The notes: generated from the letters alone by a model not told the origin. Shown: positions 19,075 through 28,366, counted from the stretch's first letter. The stretch: 64,000 bases of DNA from Spirochaetota bacterium (GCA_050298055.1 JBNKTL010000019.1:23649-87648); one strand, 5' to 3'. Numbers and translations are program-made.

Positions 19075-20193
19075 CTAAACATAGTTCCTGAGAAGAGCAC
19101 TCATTGCTTCATCAAATGAGTTATAACTCTCCTTTAAACTGTTTTTTATCCTCTCAATCTCAGGATCGGGTTTAAAATCGGAAAGAAACCTCACCCGGCC
19201 CGTTCTTCTTGCTGTGATAAATGACTCACGGGAATCTTCGTCCATTTCAAGGAAACGATCGATGGTATCAAGGATCTTCTGTTTATCATGGGGGAATTTC
19301 CCCTCTACATCCTCAATAAGGTTCATGATATGGTCACTGTGAAGTTCTGACTCGATCCCCTCCAGGCTTTGAATAAAGAGCCTGATCTCTTTCACTTTTT
19401 CGATCTCCGACAAAGGATTCCATTTTCCCTCATCCATAAGCACATGCAGAGGTGTACCCGGGATGGGGACGGTACTCCTGAGCCTGATAAAATCGGGGTT
19501 TATCATGTTTATGACCCTGGCTGATTCACGGGCATTCTCCCCGGAATAATCTGCTCCCCCTGATCCCGGCATAAAATACTCAGAGAGTTCAAAACCGGCA
19601 CTCCTTGCTTTGATCCCCGCATCGACCTGTTCCGCGGAAGTTACGCCTTTATCAATTAACTTGAGCACGGAATCCGATCCCGATTCCATACCAACATGGA
19701 TCCTGTTCAGTCCCGCATTACGAAGGAGCTTCAGTTCATCCAGGGATTTCCGGCTCACTGTCCGTGACCGTGCATAGGTTGTGATTCTCTCCACAGAGGG
19801 AAGTTTTTCCCTCAGATGATCCAGTACTCTGACAATATCATCTGTTTTCAGCACAAGGGAGTCGGCATCCTGGAGAAATACACTTTTCATTCCCCAGCTG
19901 TACCAGTACATGACCATTCGAATAAGTGCATCCTCAACTCCCTCTATCCGGATATCTCGGAAGAGAACCTGTTCTCCTGCTTCTCTCTCCTGCTGGAGTA
20001 TCCTTTCTTTGATGAAAGAGATAGAATCGATATCTGAAATAACATCTTCAACAGGTCTCCGTGAGAACTTCCTGCGTTTGTAAACCGGGCAGAAGGCGCA
20101 TTTGTTCCAGGGACAGTTTCTTGTGAGCCGGATAAGAATTGACGCCGCCTCACTGGGGGGCCTGATAGGTCCCATTTCAAAATTACAGTTCAT
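19075..20193 (-). CDS. Radical SAM protein of unknown function
   Basis: IRPPSEA-x-S motif, CPWNKCAFC cluster motif, FLQDADSL, GMESGSD. Confidence 0.85.
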   Translation of the reverse strand: MNCNFEMGPIRPPSEAASILIRLTRNCPWNKCAFCPVYKRRKFSRRPVEDVISDIDSISFIKERILQQEREAGEQVLFRDIRIEGVEDALIRMVMYWYSWGMKSVFLQDADSLVLKTDDIVRVLDHLREKLPSVERITTYARSRTVSRKSLDELKLLRNAGLNRIHVGMESGSDSVLKLIDKGVTSAEQVDAGIKARSAGFELSEYFMPGSGGADYSGENARESARVINMINPDFIRLRSTVPIPGTPLHVLMDEGKWNPLSEIEKVKEIRLFIQSLEGIESELHSDHIMNLIEDVEGKFPHDKQKILDTIDRFLEMDEDSRESFITARRTGRVRFLSDFKPDPEIERIKNSLKESYNSFDEAMSALLRNYV

Positions 20194-20244
20194 TATATTT
20201 TTTGTTAAACCTCTTTAACAATTATATTCTCTCTCTAACCGCTT

Positions 20245-20277
20245 CCCGGTGAATACCTCAGCCGAAAGCGGGGAAAA
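20245..20277. repeat. Direct repeat copy 2 flanking the radical SAM gene
   Basis: CCCGGTGAATACCTCAGCCGAAAGCGG. Confidence 0.65.
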
Positions 20278-20434
20278 CTACAGTTTTTTGTATTAATGAC
20301 CGGAAACTCATTAACTCATTATCATTAATAAGAATAAATCAATTCCGGATGTTACCTGTCAATCAAGATTACAAAAGAGTCAAAAATGATATTTTATAGT
20401 TGATAATATTCTGCTGTATCTGGTAATCTGAGTT

Positions 20435-20806
20435 ATGAAAAAGATCATAATGTTATTACCCATCCTTATCTTCCTCTCCGCAACTCTGCTTTCCTCTTCT
20501 TCTTACGCGATGAGTGAAAATGATAAGATCCTGCACCTTTTGAAAGAGATTGAAGTTTCAGGTTATACCTTTATCAGGAACGGCAATGAATATCCCTCAC
20601 GGAAGGCCAGGGAGCACCTTGAATTTAAACTGAAGAGAGCCGGGAAGATTAAAACAGCGGGTGATTTTATCAGAAAAATTGCGTCCCGGTCTTCATTTTC
20701 AGGTAAACCCTATTATATCAGGATGAAATCCGGCAGGATAATAAAAACAGAAGAGTGGCTCAAAGCAAAACTGAATGAACTGGAAAAACGCCAGAATTCG
20801 AAATAA
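20435..20806 (+). CDS. Exported DUF5329-like protein
   Basis: Signal peptide; FIRNG, A-x-x-HL-x-x-K, FI-x-x-IASRSS-x-SGKPY motifs. Confidence 0.75.
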   Translation: MKKIIMLLPILIFLSATLLSSSSYAMSENDKILHLLKEIEVSGYTFIRNGNEYPSRKAREHLEFKLKRAGKIKTAGDFIRKIASRSSFSGKPYYIRMKSGRIIKTEEWLKAKLNELEKRQNSK

Positions 20807-20859
20807 CGGGAATGCCCATAGTTGTTATTAATCAGTAATTCACTGTAAAAAGTTAACAA

Positions 20860-21165
20860 TTAACAACAGGAGACTGAACCGGAATCATCCCCGCAACCGC
20901 AGGTTGGTTCGGTGCCCTTGATCATGCCCGTTAAAATACCGGCAGCACATCCCACACCCGATTGAACACTTATTGCTCCCTCCCGGCAGTTGAGAGCGCA
21001 GGCGCCGCATTCCATACAGAGGTCCCGGTTGACCAGTTCCGCCTTATTCCCCTTCATTCTGAAAACCTCATGGGGACAGACCTGTGTACAGAGAGTACAT
21101 CCCGTGCATCTTTCACTGTCATACTTTAACGTGGTAACATTTTTTAAATAGGTTAATCCAAACAT
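20860..21165 (-). CDS. hgcB: Mercury methylation ferredoxin HgcB
   Basis: YLKNVTTL start, two CxxCxxCxxxC motifs (CTGCTLCTQVCPH, CMECGACALNC), GVGCA, C-terminal CC; directly downstream of hgcA. Confidence 0.95.
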   Translation of the reverse strand: MFGLTYLKNVTTLKYDSERCTGCTLCTQVCPHEVFRMKGNKAELVNRDLCMECGACALNCREGAISVQSGVGCAAGILTGMIKGTEPTCGCGDDSGSVSCC

Positions 21166-21198
21166 ACGCTCTCCCCAAATAAAAACTCACACAATCTT

Positions 21199-22362
21199 TT
21201 AAAGAAACCTGCTGATAATAAACAATACCAGCCCTGCCGATGCCGCAACTGCCTGTACCGGAACAGCAATCTTCAACTCCTTCATAACTCCGGAGAGTGA
21301 AGTAAATGTTGTTGATCCCGTAAAATTCATGGCAAAAAACGAAGTTATTGAAAGAGTAAGCAGCAGCAGGGACACGAGCTCTACATATCCCCCGCCGTTA
21401 AAACCGGGTAAGAAGAAATAGAGCATGCAATAAAGAAAAATGCCGGAAATAAGACCTTTAAAAGAAAAGGCCCTTCCCGGAATAAAGGGAATCAAAAGTG
21501 GTGTTATGACTGTTCCCGCAAGAAATGCCAGGATGAGGACAAGTAACGGATGGGCACCCCGGCTGATAATATTATCAAGGGAAAAACCCCTGCTGCTTAT
21601 TCCGGAAAGTAAAAGAAAAACAGCAATTGCCATAAAGAGATATTTAAGGGCCAAAGAAAATTCAACCGGTGTCAAAATCAGCCTGCTGATAAATCCGAAA
21701 CGGACTCTCCTCATCTCTCTGTCTGCCTTCATTCCCGCATCAAGAAACCTCTTGATGTCCGCAGCCCTCACCGGACCGTAAACAGGCTTAAAGCCGGTCT
21801 CCCGTGCCACAATATGCGCTGCCACACCGGGAGCGCCAAGCTGGGGGAGGATAACCCTTCTGTGACTGACAACTTTCCCAAGAGAAGCAATTTTTATCCT
21901 TTTAATCATTTCATCCGTACCGAAAGTCCCTTTTCCTGCAGCGCACCATACATTGATCCCCTTTGTATCCAGGACCAGTATCCAGGCATTAATTCCGGAT
22001 AAATGACTTCTCAGGTGATCAAAACTCAGCTTGTAATTAGCTGAAACAAGTACCGGTGAGTTTTTATCAGGATCTCCCGCGGCATAAAGACCCGGTGCTA
22101 TCATATAGTTGTCTCTGCCAATATTGAGCCTTACCTTTACGGTCCCTGCCCGGTCCCGGGCAGAGAGCTGAGTATTAACTTTCGGTATCCTCCCTGCGGC
22201 TGTTTCCACATAACCCTTTACATCAAGATCCCGGTATGAAGTTTTCTGTTTCGACTTCCCATCCGGTCCGCAACAGGAACTTTTTGTGATAACCGGCAGC
22301 GGCTGTGAGCTATTTTTAATGGTTGGCTTCTTTTCCGATATATTCGGTCCTGTTGCTTTCAT
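21199..22362 (-). CDS. hgcA: Mercury methylation corrinoid protein HgcA
   Basis: Cap-helix motif NVWCAAGKGTFG, ANYKLSFD, LPQLGAPGV, five C-terminal transmembrane segments, FTGSTTFTS. Confidence 0.97.
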   Translation of the reverse strand: MKATGPNISEKKPTIKNSSQPLPVITKSSCCGPDGKSKQKTSYRDLDVKGYVETAAGRIPKVNTQLSARDRAGTVKVRLNIGRDNYMIAPGLYAAGDPDKNSPVLVSANYKLSFDHLRSHLSGINAWILVLDTKGINVWCAAGKGTFGTDEMIKRIKIASLGKVVSHRRVILPQLGAPGVAAHIVARETGFKPVYGPVRAADIKRFLDAGMKADREMRRVRFGFISRLILTPVEFSLALKYLFMAIAVFLLLSGISSRGFSLDNIISRGAHPLLVLILAFLAGTVITPLLIPFIPGRAFSFKGLISGIFLYCMLYFFLPGFNGGGYVELVSLLLLTLSITSFFAMNFTGSTTFTSLSGVMKELKIAVPVQAVAASAGLVLFIISRFL

Positions 22363-22369
22363 GCTTTGA

Positions 22370-22837
22370 TTATTCTCCTTTTTGCAGAGGATTACAGCAT
22401 CCCAAAACAGGTTTACTCACTGCAGTGTCCAGAAGCTTTAAAGAGTTAATAACATCTTCCCTTTTTCCCACAGGGATGTTTCCCAGGATTTCTCCTGTAT
22501 ATTCCAGAGAACAGCTGTGAAGTTTCTTCTGAAGATTTAAACCCTTTTTCGATAATACGAGAAAAACCTTTCTTCTGTCATTTTCACTGCGGTTTCTTTT
22601 GACGATTCCATCCCTGACAAGAAGGTCAACCACTCTTGTTAACGTGCTGGTTGCCAGTCCCGTTTCGTCGCTGAGACGGTTCATGGATATCTCTTCATTC
22701 TCATGAATGATTTCAATTATCTGGCACTGTGATACCGTCACACCATGGCAGATCTTTTCGTTCCTGTCTATCCTGTTTACCTTTCTTAAAAGATTTTTCA
22801 GGATCAGTGTAAATTCTCTGTTCTCGTTATTATCCAT
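22370..22837 (-). CDS. MarR-family transcriptional regulator, Cys-rich
   Basis: Winged HTH (STLTRVVD-x-LV-x-x-G-x-V-x-R...DRR...L); ICHGVTVSQC and C-terminal GCC; ends 7 nt before the hgcA ATG. Confidence 0.88.
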   Translation of the reverse strand: MDNNENREFTLILKNLLRKVNRIDRNEKICHGVTVSQCQIIEIIHENEEISMNRLSDETGLATSTLTRVVDLLVRDGIVKRNRSENDRRKVFLVLSKKGLNLQKKLHSCSLEYTGEILGNIPVGKREDVINSLKLLDTAVSKPVLGCCNPLQKGE

Positions 22838-22845
22838 TTTAATAA

Positions 22846-22885
22846 TTGTATACTACAAATATATTATAATACAAGTAAATGTCAA
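22846..22885 (-). promoter_or_regulatory. Promoter and tandem operator of the marR-hgcA-hgcB unit
   Basis: Minus strand TTGACA (22885-22880), 16-nt spacer, TATATT (22863-22858); palindrome TTGTA-N3-TACAA at 22846-22858 and a 10/13 copy at 22862-22874. Confidence 0.65.
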
Positions 22886-23071
22886 GGAAAAAATTTAAAA
22901 ACCGGTTATTGGAATTAGATTGAATAAATAGCTGAGCAGCTGTTATGATGGTAAAATTTCACCCCCACGGGGCCTAATTTTTTCTTGTGAAAAATATAAT
23001 TATCAATTACACTTACCTGTGCTCAGCAACGGAGAGAAAAATTTTACATAACTCAAAAAACGGAGATACGG

Positions 23072-23461
23072 ATGGAAACAATCAACGTTAAATCAGTAAG
23101 CAGCGAAGAACTCATTGAGATAACAGGGGAAGTGAGCAGGATAGTAAAAAACAGCGGGAAAAAAGAGGGGATCTGCATCATCTATACTCCCCATACAACC
23201 GCAGCCATCACCATAAATGAAAATGCAGACAGGACCGTAAAGAGTGATATTTTGAAAGGACTGAAACATCTCGATTTTGAAAGAGTCAGGTTTGATCACG
23301 GAGAAGGCAATTCTCCCTCACATCTCAAATCATCAATCATCGGCTGTTCCGAAACATTAATGATAAACAGAGGTTCTCTTGAACTGGGGACCTGGCAGGG
23401 GATCTTCTTCTGCGAATTTGACGGTCCCCGGTCAAGGAAAGTCCATATAAAAGTTCTATAA
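23072..23461 (+). CDS. yjbQ: YjbQ/UPF0047 family protein
   Basis: PHTTAAITINENAD, HGEGNS-x-SH, LGTWQGIFFCEFDGPR motifs. Confidence 0.9.
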   Translation: METINVKSVSSEELIEITGEVSRIVKNSGKKEGICIIYTPHTTAAITINENADRTVKSDILKGLKHLDFERVRFDHGEGNSPSHLKSSIIGCSETLMINRGSLELGTWQGIFFCEFDGPRSRKVHIKVL

Positions 23462-23477
23462 GGAAAAAAGGAGGCCT

Positions 23478-23933
23478 ATGATGAAGTTATCCAGTTCCGC
23501 ATTTCAGGCAGGTGAAATGATACCTGCAGTCTACACGTGCGACAGTGATAATATATCACCGCCGCTCTCATGGAACGATGTACCGGACAAGACGGCAAGC
23601 TTTGCCCTCATTAACGATGATCCCGACGCGCCCCGGGGATGGGTCCACTGGGTCATATACAATATTCCCGCGGCTTCAACCGGTCTGGAAAAAGGAGTAA
23701 AAACTTCCGGCGTCCTTCCCGACGGCTCCGTCCAGGGAAGGAACGACTTCAGAAAAACCGGTTACGGGGGACCCTGCCCTCCCGGTGGAACTCACAGGTA
23801 TTACTTCAGGCTCTATGCCCTTGATACCCTCCTTGAAAAAACAGAGGGAATGACAAAAACCGAACTACTGGGAAAAATGAAAGGCCACATCCTCGCGGAA
23901 GCCGAACTCATGGGAAGATACAGCAGATCTTAG
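23478..23933 (+). CDS. YbhB/YbcL family (PEBP/Raf kinase inhibitor-like) protein
   Basis: SPPLSW, DPDAP, WVHW, YGGPCPP, HRY-x-F-x-LYALD motifs. Confidence 0.9.
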   Translation: MMKLSSSAFQAGEMIPAVYTCDSDNISPPLSWNDVPDKTASFALINDDPDAPRGWVHWVIYNIPAASTGLEKGVKTSGVLPDGSVQGRNDFRKTGYGGPCPPGGTHRYYFRLYALDTLLEKTEGMTKTELLGKMKGHILAEAELMGRYSRS

Positions 23934-25048
23934 CCTGGAAGGGAAACCATCTCCTGAAAAAGATCATCGTACACGGAACAGATGTTCCCCCAGTCAAATC
24001 TGCCCACCTCTGATCTGAGCTGATCGGTGCATATTGCGGGAAAGTCATCCATCATCTCTTTGAGCTTCACAACAAGCTCTTCTCTCTCCCGGTAAAAAAA
24101 CCTCTTAAATTCATCACCGGGGAAGAGCTCGGGATAGGTAAGCCTGACCGGGAGAAGAGGCACTGTTCTGCAGTACACCGCTTCGGCAATGCTGATACCA
24201 AAAAAGTCCTGGTTTGATGTTACAGGAAGAATATCCGCCATCCAGAGCCACCGGGCATACTCTTTAAAACTTTCCACATACCCGTACTTCACTATTCTGT
24301 CACCATACCTTGCCCTGGCTTTCTCAAATTCAGAAGGAGATTTCCTGAAATTTTCACCCAGAATCGCAAGGCTGAAACCGATCCCCTCCCTGTCTATCTC
24401 TTCCAGGACCCCGAAGAACTCACTGGGATTCTTGTCATACTCCCACCTGTGGTTCCAGAGGATAAGGGGGAGATCACTCTTTCCCCTTTCCGGGATGCTG
24501 ATACTGTCATACCTGTCAAGGGGCAGGCCCAGATGAAGGACCCTGCTCTTTTCACGAATGAACTCCACTTTATCAAGCTCATTGAAGTCGGGAAACTGTT
24601 TCAGGAAACCGGGGAGGGCATCCAGGAAGCTGTTTCTGTGAAATTCCGAGTTAAAAAGTACGTGGTCCGCGGCAAGTGCCGATGAAAAATTGATAAAACC
24701 GTAATGGCTGTCCCTGCTGTTTATAATATCCCTGTCAGCAGGTGACCAGGGATACGTGACCTGATTTTCATGAAAATAGAGGACCACGGGGATATTACGG
24801 CACTCCCTCCTGGTAAGTGAAAGGAAGACAGTGAGATCAAGCATATCCGAAGCGACAATAAGATCGGGCCTTGGGGAAAGTTCTCTGTACATCTGTGCAA
24901 GAGTAACGGCGCCCCCATGCATTCTCCACTTCCAGTATCTTCCGGGCAGGCCCAATACAGTCACTTCATGCCTGCTCTTTTCCCGTATCCCCTCAATCCA
25001 TAATTTATGGGACCCGGTATAAAAGGGTTCGACAAAGAGGATCTTCAT
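23930..25048 (-). CDS. DUF3524 + GT4 glycosyltransferase, homologous to GTDC1/QTMAN
   Basis: EPFYTGSH, WKWRMHGGA, YFHENQ-x-x-YP, FNS-x-FH, WNHRWEYDKNP, QDFFGIS-x-x-EA motifs. Confidence 0.85.
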   Translation of the reverse strand: MKILFVEPFYTGSHKLWIEGIREKSRHEVTVLGLPGRYWKWRMHGGAVTLAQMYRELSPRPDLIVASDMLDLTVFLSLTRRECRNIPVVLYFHENQVTYPWSPADRDIINSRDSHYGFINFSSALAADHVLFNSEFHRNSFLDALPGFLKQFPDFNELDKVEFIREKSRVLHLGLPLDRYDSISIPERGKSDLPLILWNHRWEYDKNPSEFFGVLEEIDREGIGFSLAILGENFRKSPSEFEKARARYGDRIVKYGYVESFKEYARWLWMADILPVTSNQDFFGISIAEAVYCRTVPLLPVRLTYPELFPGDEFKRFFYREREELVVKLKEMMDDFPAICTDQLRSEVGRFDWGNICSVYDDLFQEMVSLPG

Positions 25049-25159
25049 TTTTCAGTTTAACAAATGAAAGCACTTTGTATATTATTTTGTTGACACATGG
25101 TAATTCAATAACATATATTAATCACCTCTGAGTAAAGTGAAAAAATCGAAAAAGAGGAC

Positions 25160-27148
25160 ATGATAATGAAAAGATATATTATCCTTATTACTGCCTTTGC
25201 CCTGCTGCTTGCGGCTTCAGGTGATCTCAGGGCGGAGTGTATAAGCGGCAACTGTAAGGAGGGAAGCGGAACGAAGATATATCCCAGCGGCAGCAAGTAC
25301 ACAGGTGAATTCAAAGACGGGAAAGAGCATGGGAAAGGGACACTCTACTTTTTTAACGGAAGCAGTTATGAGGGCGAATTCAGGAACGGGGAATTCCATG
25401 GTAAAGGGAAAATCAGGTATTCCAACGGAAGTGAATACCAGGGGCAGTTCCTTGAAGGGAAGATAACCGGCGAAGGTGAATTTATCCCCCCGAAAATGAT
25501 GGAAGAGGTCAGGAGCATCCCTGACATCCTCCCGGAGAAGACAGATATTTTCATCACGGTGCCTTCAATATCAGACATCTACCGGCACTTCTCAATAAGA
25601 AGGGACAGAATTTTCGGAAATCCTGTAAAGGAAATATCAAAAATTGAGAAAAACCTCGGTATTAATCCCCTCTCCATCTGGGACCTTAAGTCAATTGGTA
25701 TCGACACCACCAGGGAAACGGGATTTTTTATTTCCGGACTGAAGATAGAGAAAAAGAAAAAACCGGTTATGAATGTTTTCTTATATTTACCTCTTTCCGA
25801 TAACCAGCTCTTCATGCAGAGAATAAAAAGCGCAATTGAGAAAAACGCCCCCAAAGTGACCTTTACTGAAAAAGACGGGTATACGGTTATGGGAAAGGAG
25901 GGGCAGAAAGACAAGATCTATATGATAAAGATAAAGAACTATCTTCTGATCGGTACAAACACAAACGGAGACGCTGTTCCAACAATAAAGAGGATACTCT
26001 CAGGAGAAAGCAACCTTCAAAAGTCAAAGCAATACAGGGATTTTTCTTCACGGTTCAAATCTTCAGGAAAGATATATTGCTACGCTGATATTGAAGGAAT
26101 ATTAAACAACAACAGGGATGCCTTTAAAAAACTTTACAAATCATTAAAGGTATATGACAGGAATTCAATTGAAAAGTTGATGAATGCCTACCAGGACTAC
26201 AGGAACGCCGCTCTCACCCTGGACCTTGAAAACAGTGACTTTAATCTCGATATTTATTACCTGCTCAAACCCCGGGCAAAAACACTTTCACTCTTCAAAG
26301 GAATTATCTTTAACAGAACAAGTATACTGGGAATAGAAAAAAATCCGATTTTTCTGGCTATACTCGGTTTTAATACGGAGCAATACTACAAGTATTTCAT
26401 GTCAATGATGCCCGAAATTTTTTCAAAATCCCTGAAGAAGAAATTCGCGGATATCAGGAAAGAATACAAACTGGATGTTGAAAAGGAGATCATCCCCAAC
26501 CTGGGAGGAAATTTTAACCTGGGAATGTACGACGGGAAGACCCTGAACATGTTCAACTACAACGCTCTTCTCACATTAACCGTAAAGAACAGAAGGACAT
26601 TTGAAAAGGCCATTAAGAAGATAACAAAGACTGTACCGAAAGAGATGAAAATGAGAGAAAAAATCGCCGGGGTCAATACCGATGTCTACTCCATGGGAAT
26701 GGTGAAAATCTATTCTGCCTTTAAAGGTAACCAGTTTATCCTCTCTCCGAGCAAACCTGTTTTTGAAGAGGCACTCAGGGCAAAAAAAACCGGCGGTTTC
26801 ACTAAGACAATGAAAGATAAAAAACTCGTTGCTTCAATGAAAAAGGATATCTCAATGCTCTATATAAATGTTGACGAAGCTGTTCTGGCCTTAAGAAACT
26901 TCGGTCCCATGTCAAAGTTGAATTCACCGGATCTGCAAAACCAGATCAAGAAGTTTGTTTATCTTCTCATCTCCAGCAAAATTAAAAAGACCTTTATTTC
27001 AGGTACTGTGATTGTAAAAACCCGGTTTAACGATCCCTTTTTCATTGGACTTAAAAAGGTTGTTGATGAGGCCAAAAGATTGAAAGCAAAAAGAAGAAAA
27101 TACAGGCACAAAAGAAGAGGAGTTGTCCCTTATCAGAAATCAGAGTAA
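25160..27148 (+). CDS. Exported protein with N-terminal MORN repeats and a large DUF3352-like domain
   Basis: Signal peptide, CISGNC, three Y-x-G-E/Q-F-x-x-G-x-x-x-G-x-G repeats, basic C-terminal tail. Confidence 0.65.
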   Translation: MIMKRYIILITAFALLLAASGDLRAECISGNCKEGSGTKIYPSGSKYTGEFKDGKEHGKGTLYFFNGSSYEGEFRNGEFHGKGKIRYSNGSEYQGQFLEGKITGEGEFIPPKMMEEVRSIPDILPEKTDIFITVPSISDIYRHFSIRRDRIFGNPVKEISKIEKNLGINPLSIWDLKSIGIDTTRETGFFISGLKIEKKKKPVMNVFLYLPLSDNQLFMQRIKSAIEKNAPKVTFTEKDGYTVMGKEGQKDKIYMIKIKNYLLIGTNTNGDAVPTIKRILSGESNLQKSKQYRDFSSRFKSSGKIYCYADIEGILNNNRDAFKKLYKSLKVYDRNSIEKLMNAYQDYRNAALTLDLENSDFNLDIYYLLKPRAKTLSLFKGIIFNRTSILGIEKNPIFLAILGFNTEQYYKYFMSMMPEIFSKSLKKKFADIRKEYKLDVEKEIIPNLGGNFNLGMYDGKTLNMFNYNALLTLTVKNRRTFEKAIKKITKTVPKEMKMREKIAGVNTDVYSMGMVKIYSAFKGNQFILSPSKPVFEEALRAKKTGGFTKTMKDKKLVASMKKDISMLYINVDEAVLALRNFGPMSKLNSPDLQNQIKKFVYLLISSKIKKTFISGTVIVKTRFNDPFFIGLKKVVDEAKRLKAKRRKYRHKRRGVVPYQKSE

Positions 27149-27159
27149 TTCAAATCAGT

Positions 27160-28335
27160 TTATTTTAACCCCGTCCGGGGCTTCTCCTTTCTTTCGGCAT
27201 AGACGAGGTGATATGTCATATCATCAAATCCGTATCCATATCCGTACTCAAATGGAAGGGGCCCCGATGAGTTCATTTTCACCAGCTTTTTTAAATCCTT
27301 CTGATAGTGCATCTTGAAGACCTTCAGGGGTCTGTGATACTGACCGTAATATGATATCTTCCAGACCTTTTCTGACAGGACACTGTGAGGCATTCCCGAA
27401 TCGTCCTGTAATATCGAACTGCTCTTTTTTAAGATAAGGTTTCTTATTCTGAGAAAGCCGAGCCGGTGGTGCATGAGGTATGATGCCGATTTTATTATGG
27501 TTGTATACATTGGCCCCTTTTCAATGAAACGGGAAAAGAGGGGAAACTGCCTTGACCTGTCTGATATGTCCAGCCTGAAAAAGCGGACCCGCCTCAGGAA
27601 ATTCTCCCCCTCCTTCATGAAAATAATCTCCACACCGGGGATCCTGTTCCAGTAGATACCCGCCGGCTTTTTCTCAACTATCTCTGACTTCTTATTGAGC
27701 CAGATCTTCCTCACATGGCAAACCTCGTAACCCTCCCTTGCCAGGAAAAACATCATGATCCCGGTAATCCCGGTATAGGGATTTCTTCCAACCTTTTTCC
27801 CCATATCAAGCGTCACAAAGAAGGCATGCTTCAGAGTAAAGTTGAGTACCCGGGGAAGCCCCCAGAGATACCGGACCGCCCGGTCTGTCCCCAGGTTTAC
27901 CGGGTCCGGTATCGCGCCCACCGGTTCGAGACCGAACATGATGATATCCTTTGCATGGGGGAAAAAAGTCAGGGGATGGAGAACATCCGGTCCGCTGAAG
28001 GGGTAGAAGAGAGCGGTATCGTATTTTTCGGGAAGATGGCTGTTTCTCCAGGCCCGGATTTTCCCCATGTTCCTTGCCAGGTAGTTGTTCCAGCTTTTGT
28101 CTATGACAGTACTGTACCGCCTGTATCTTTTATCGGCTGTGAGCTTGTTTAATATCGATTTTTCAGGAAGTTCCCTCCCCGCCATGAAACGGGCAGTCTG
28201 GTTGCAGAGGGCGGAAGCAAACCTGCCGGGAGTTTTTTTCTTTTCTGTTTTACCCGGTTCATCTGCGCAGATGCAGCTGCAGGTAGCGCTCATAAATAAA
28301 AGACCGTATAAAAGTGTGGTTTTTAGATTCTTCAT
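27160..28335 (-). CDS. Conserved hypothetical exported protein
   Basis: Long ORF; start at ATG 28335 followed by a signal-like segment; LFYPFSGPD, GLEPVG, KSASYL-x-H, QDDSG motifs. Confidence 0.6.
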   Translation of the reverse strand: MKNLKTTLLYGLLFMSATCSCICADEPGKTEKKKTPGRFASALCNQTARFMAGRELPEKSILNKLTADKRYRRYSTVIDKSWNNYLARNMGKIRAWRNSHLPEKYDTALFYPFSGPDVLHPLTFFPHAKDIIMFGLEPVGAIPDPVNLGTDRAVRYLWGLPRVLNFTLKHAFFVTLDMGKKVGRNPYTGITGIMMFFLAREGYEVCHVRKIWLNKKSEIVEKKPAGIYWNRIPGVEIIFMKEGENFLRRVRFFRLDISDRSRQFPLFSRFIEKGPMYTTIIKSASYLMHHRLGFLRIRNLILKKSSSILQDDSGMPHSVLSEKVWKISYYGQYHRPLKVFKMHYQKDLKKLVKMNSSGPLPFEYGYGYGFDDMTYHLVYAERKEKPRTGLK

Positions 28336-28366
28336 GTTTATCTCTGTCGTTGACTCCTTTCGGGTA

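Noticed and set aside
22268..22276. Selenocysteine (in-frame UGA) in the HgcA N-terminal extension
   Set aside because: The codons are TGT TGC (Cys-Cys) and the ORF is open with no in-frame TGA
21199..22362. Annotation as CO dehydrogenase/acetyl-CoA synthase gamma subunit or fused HgcAB paralogue
   Set aside because: The cap-helix Cys motif NVWCAAGK, the C-terminal TM helices and a separate downstream hgcB indicate true HgcA
22931..23027. Riboswitch (TPP or fluoride) upstream of yjbQ, suggested by the GCTGAGCA/TGCTCAGC inverted repeat
   Set aside because: Core consensus elements of those riboswitches are not present; could be decayed MITE ends or chance
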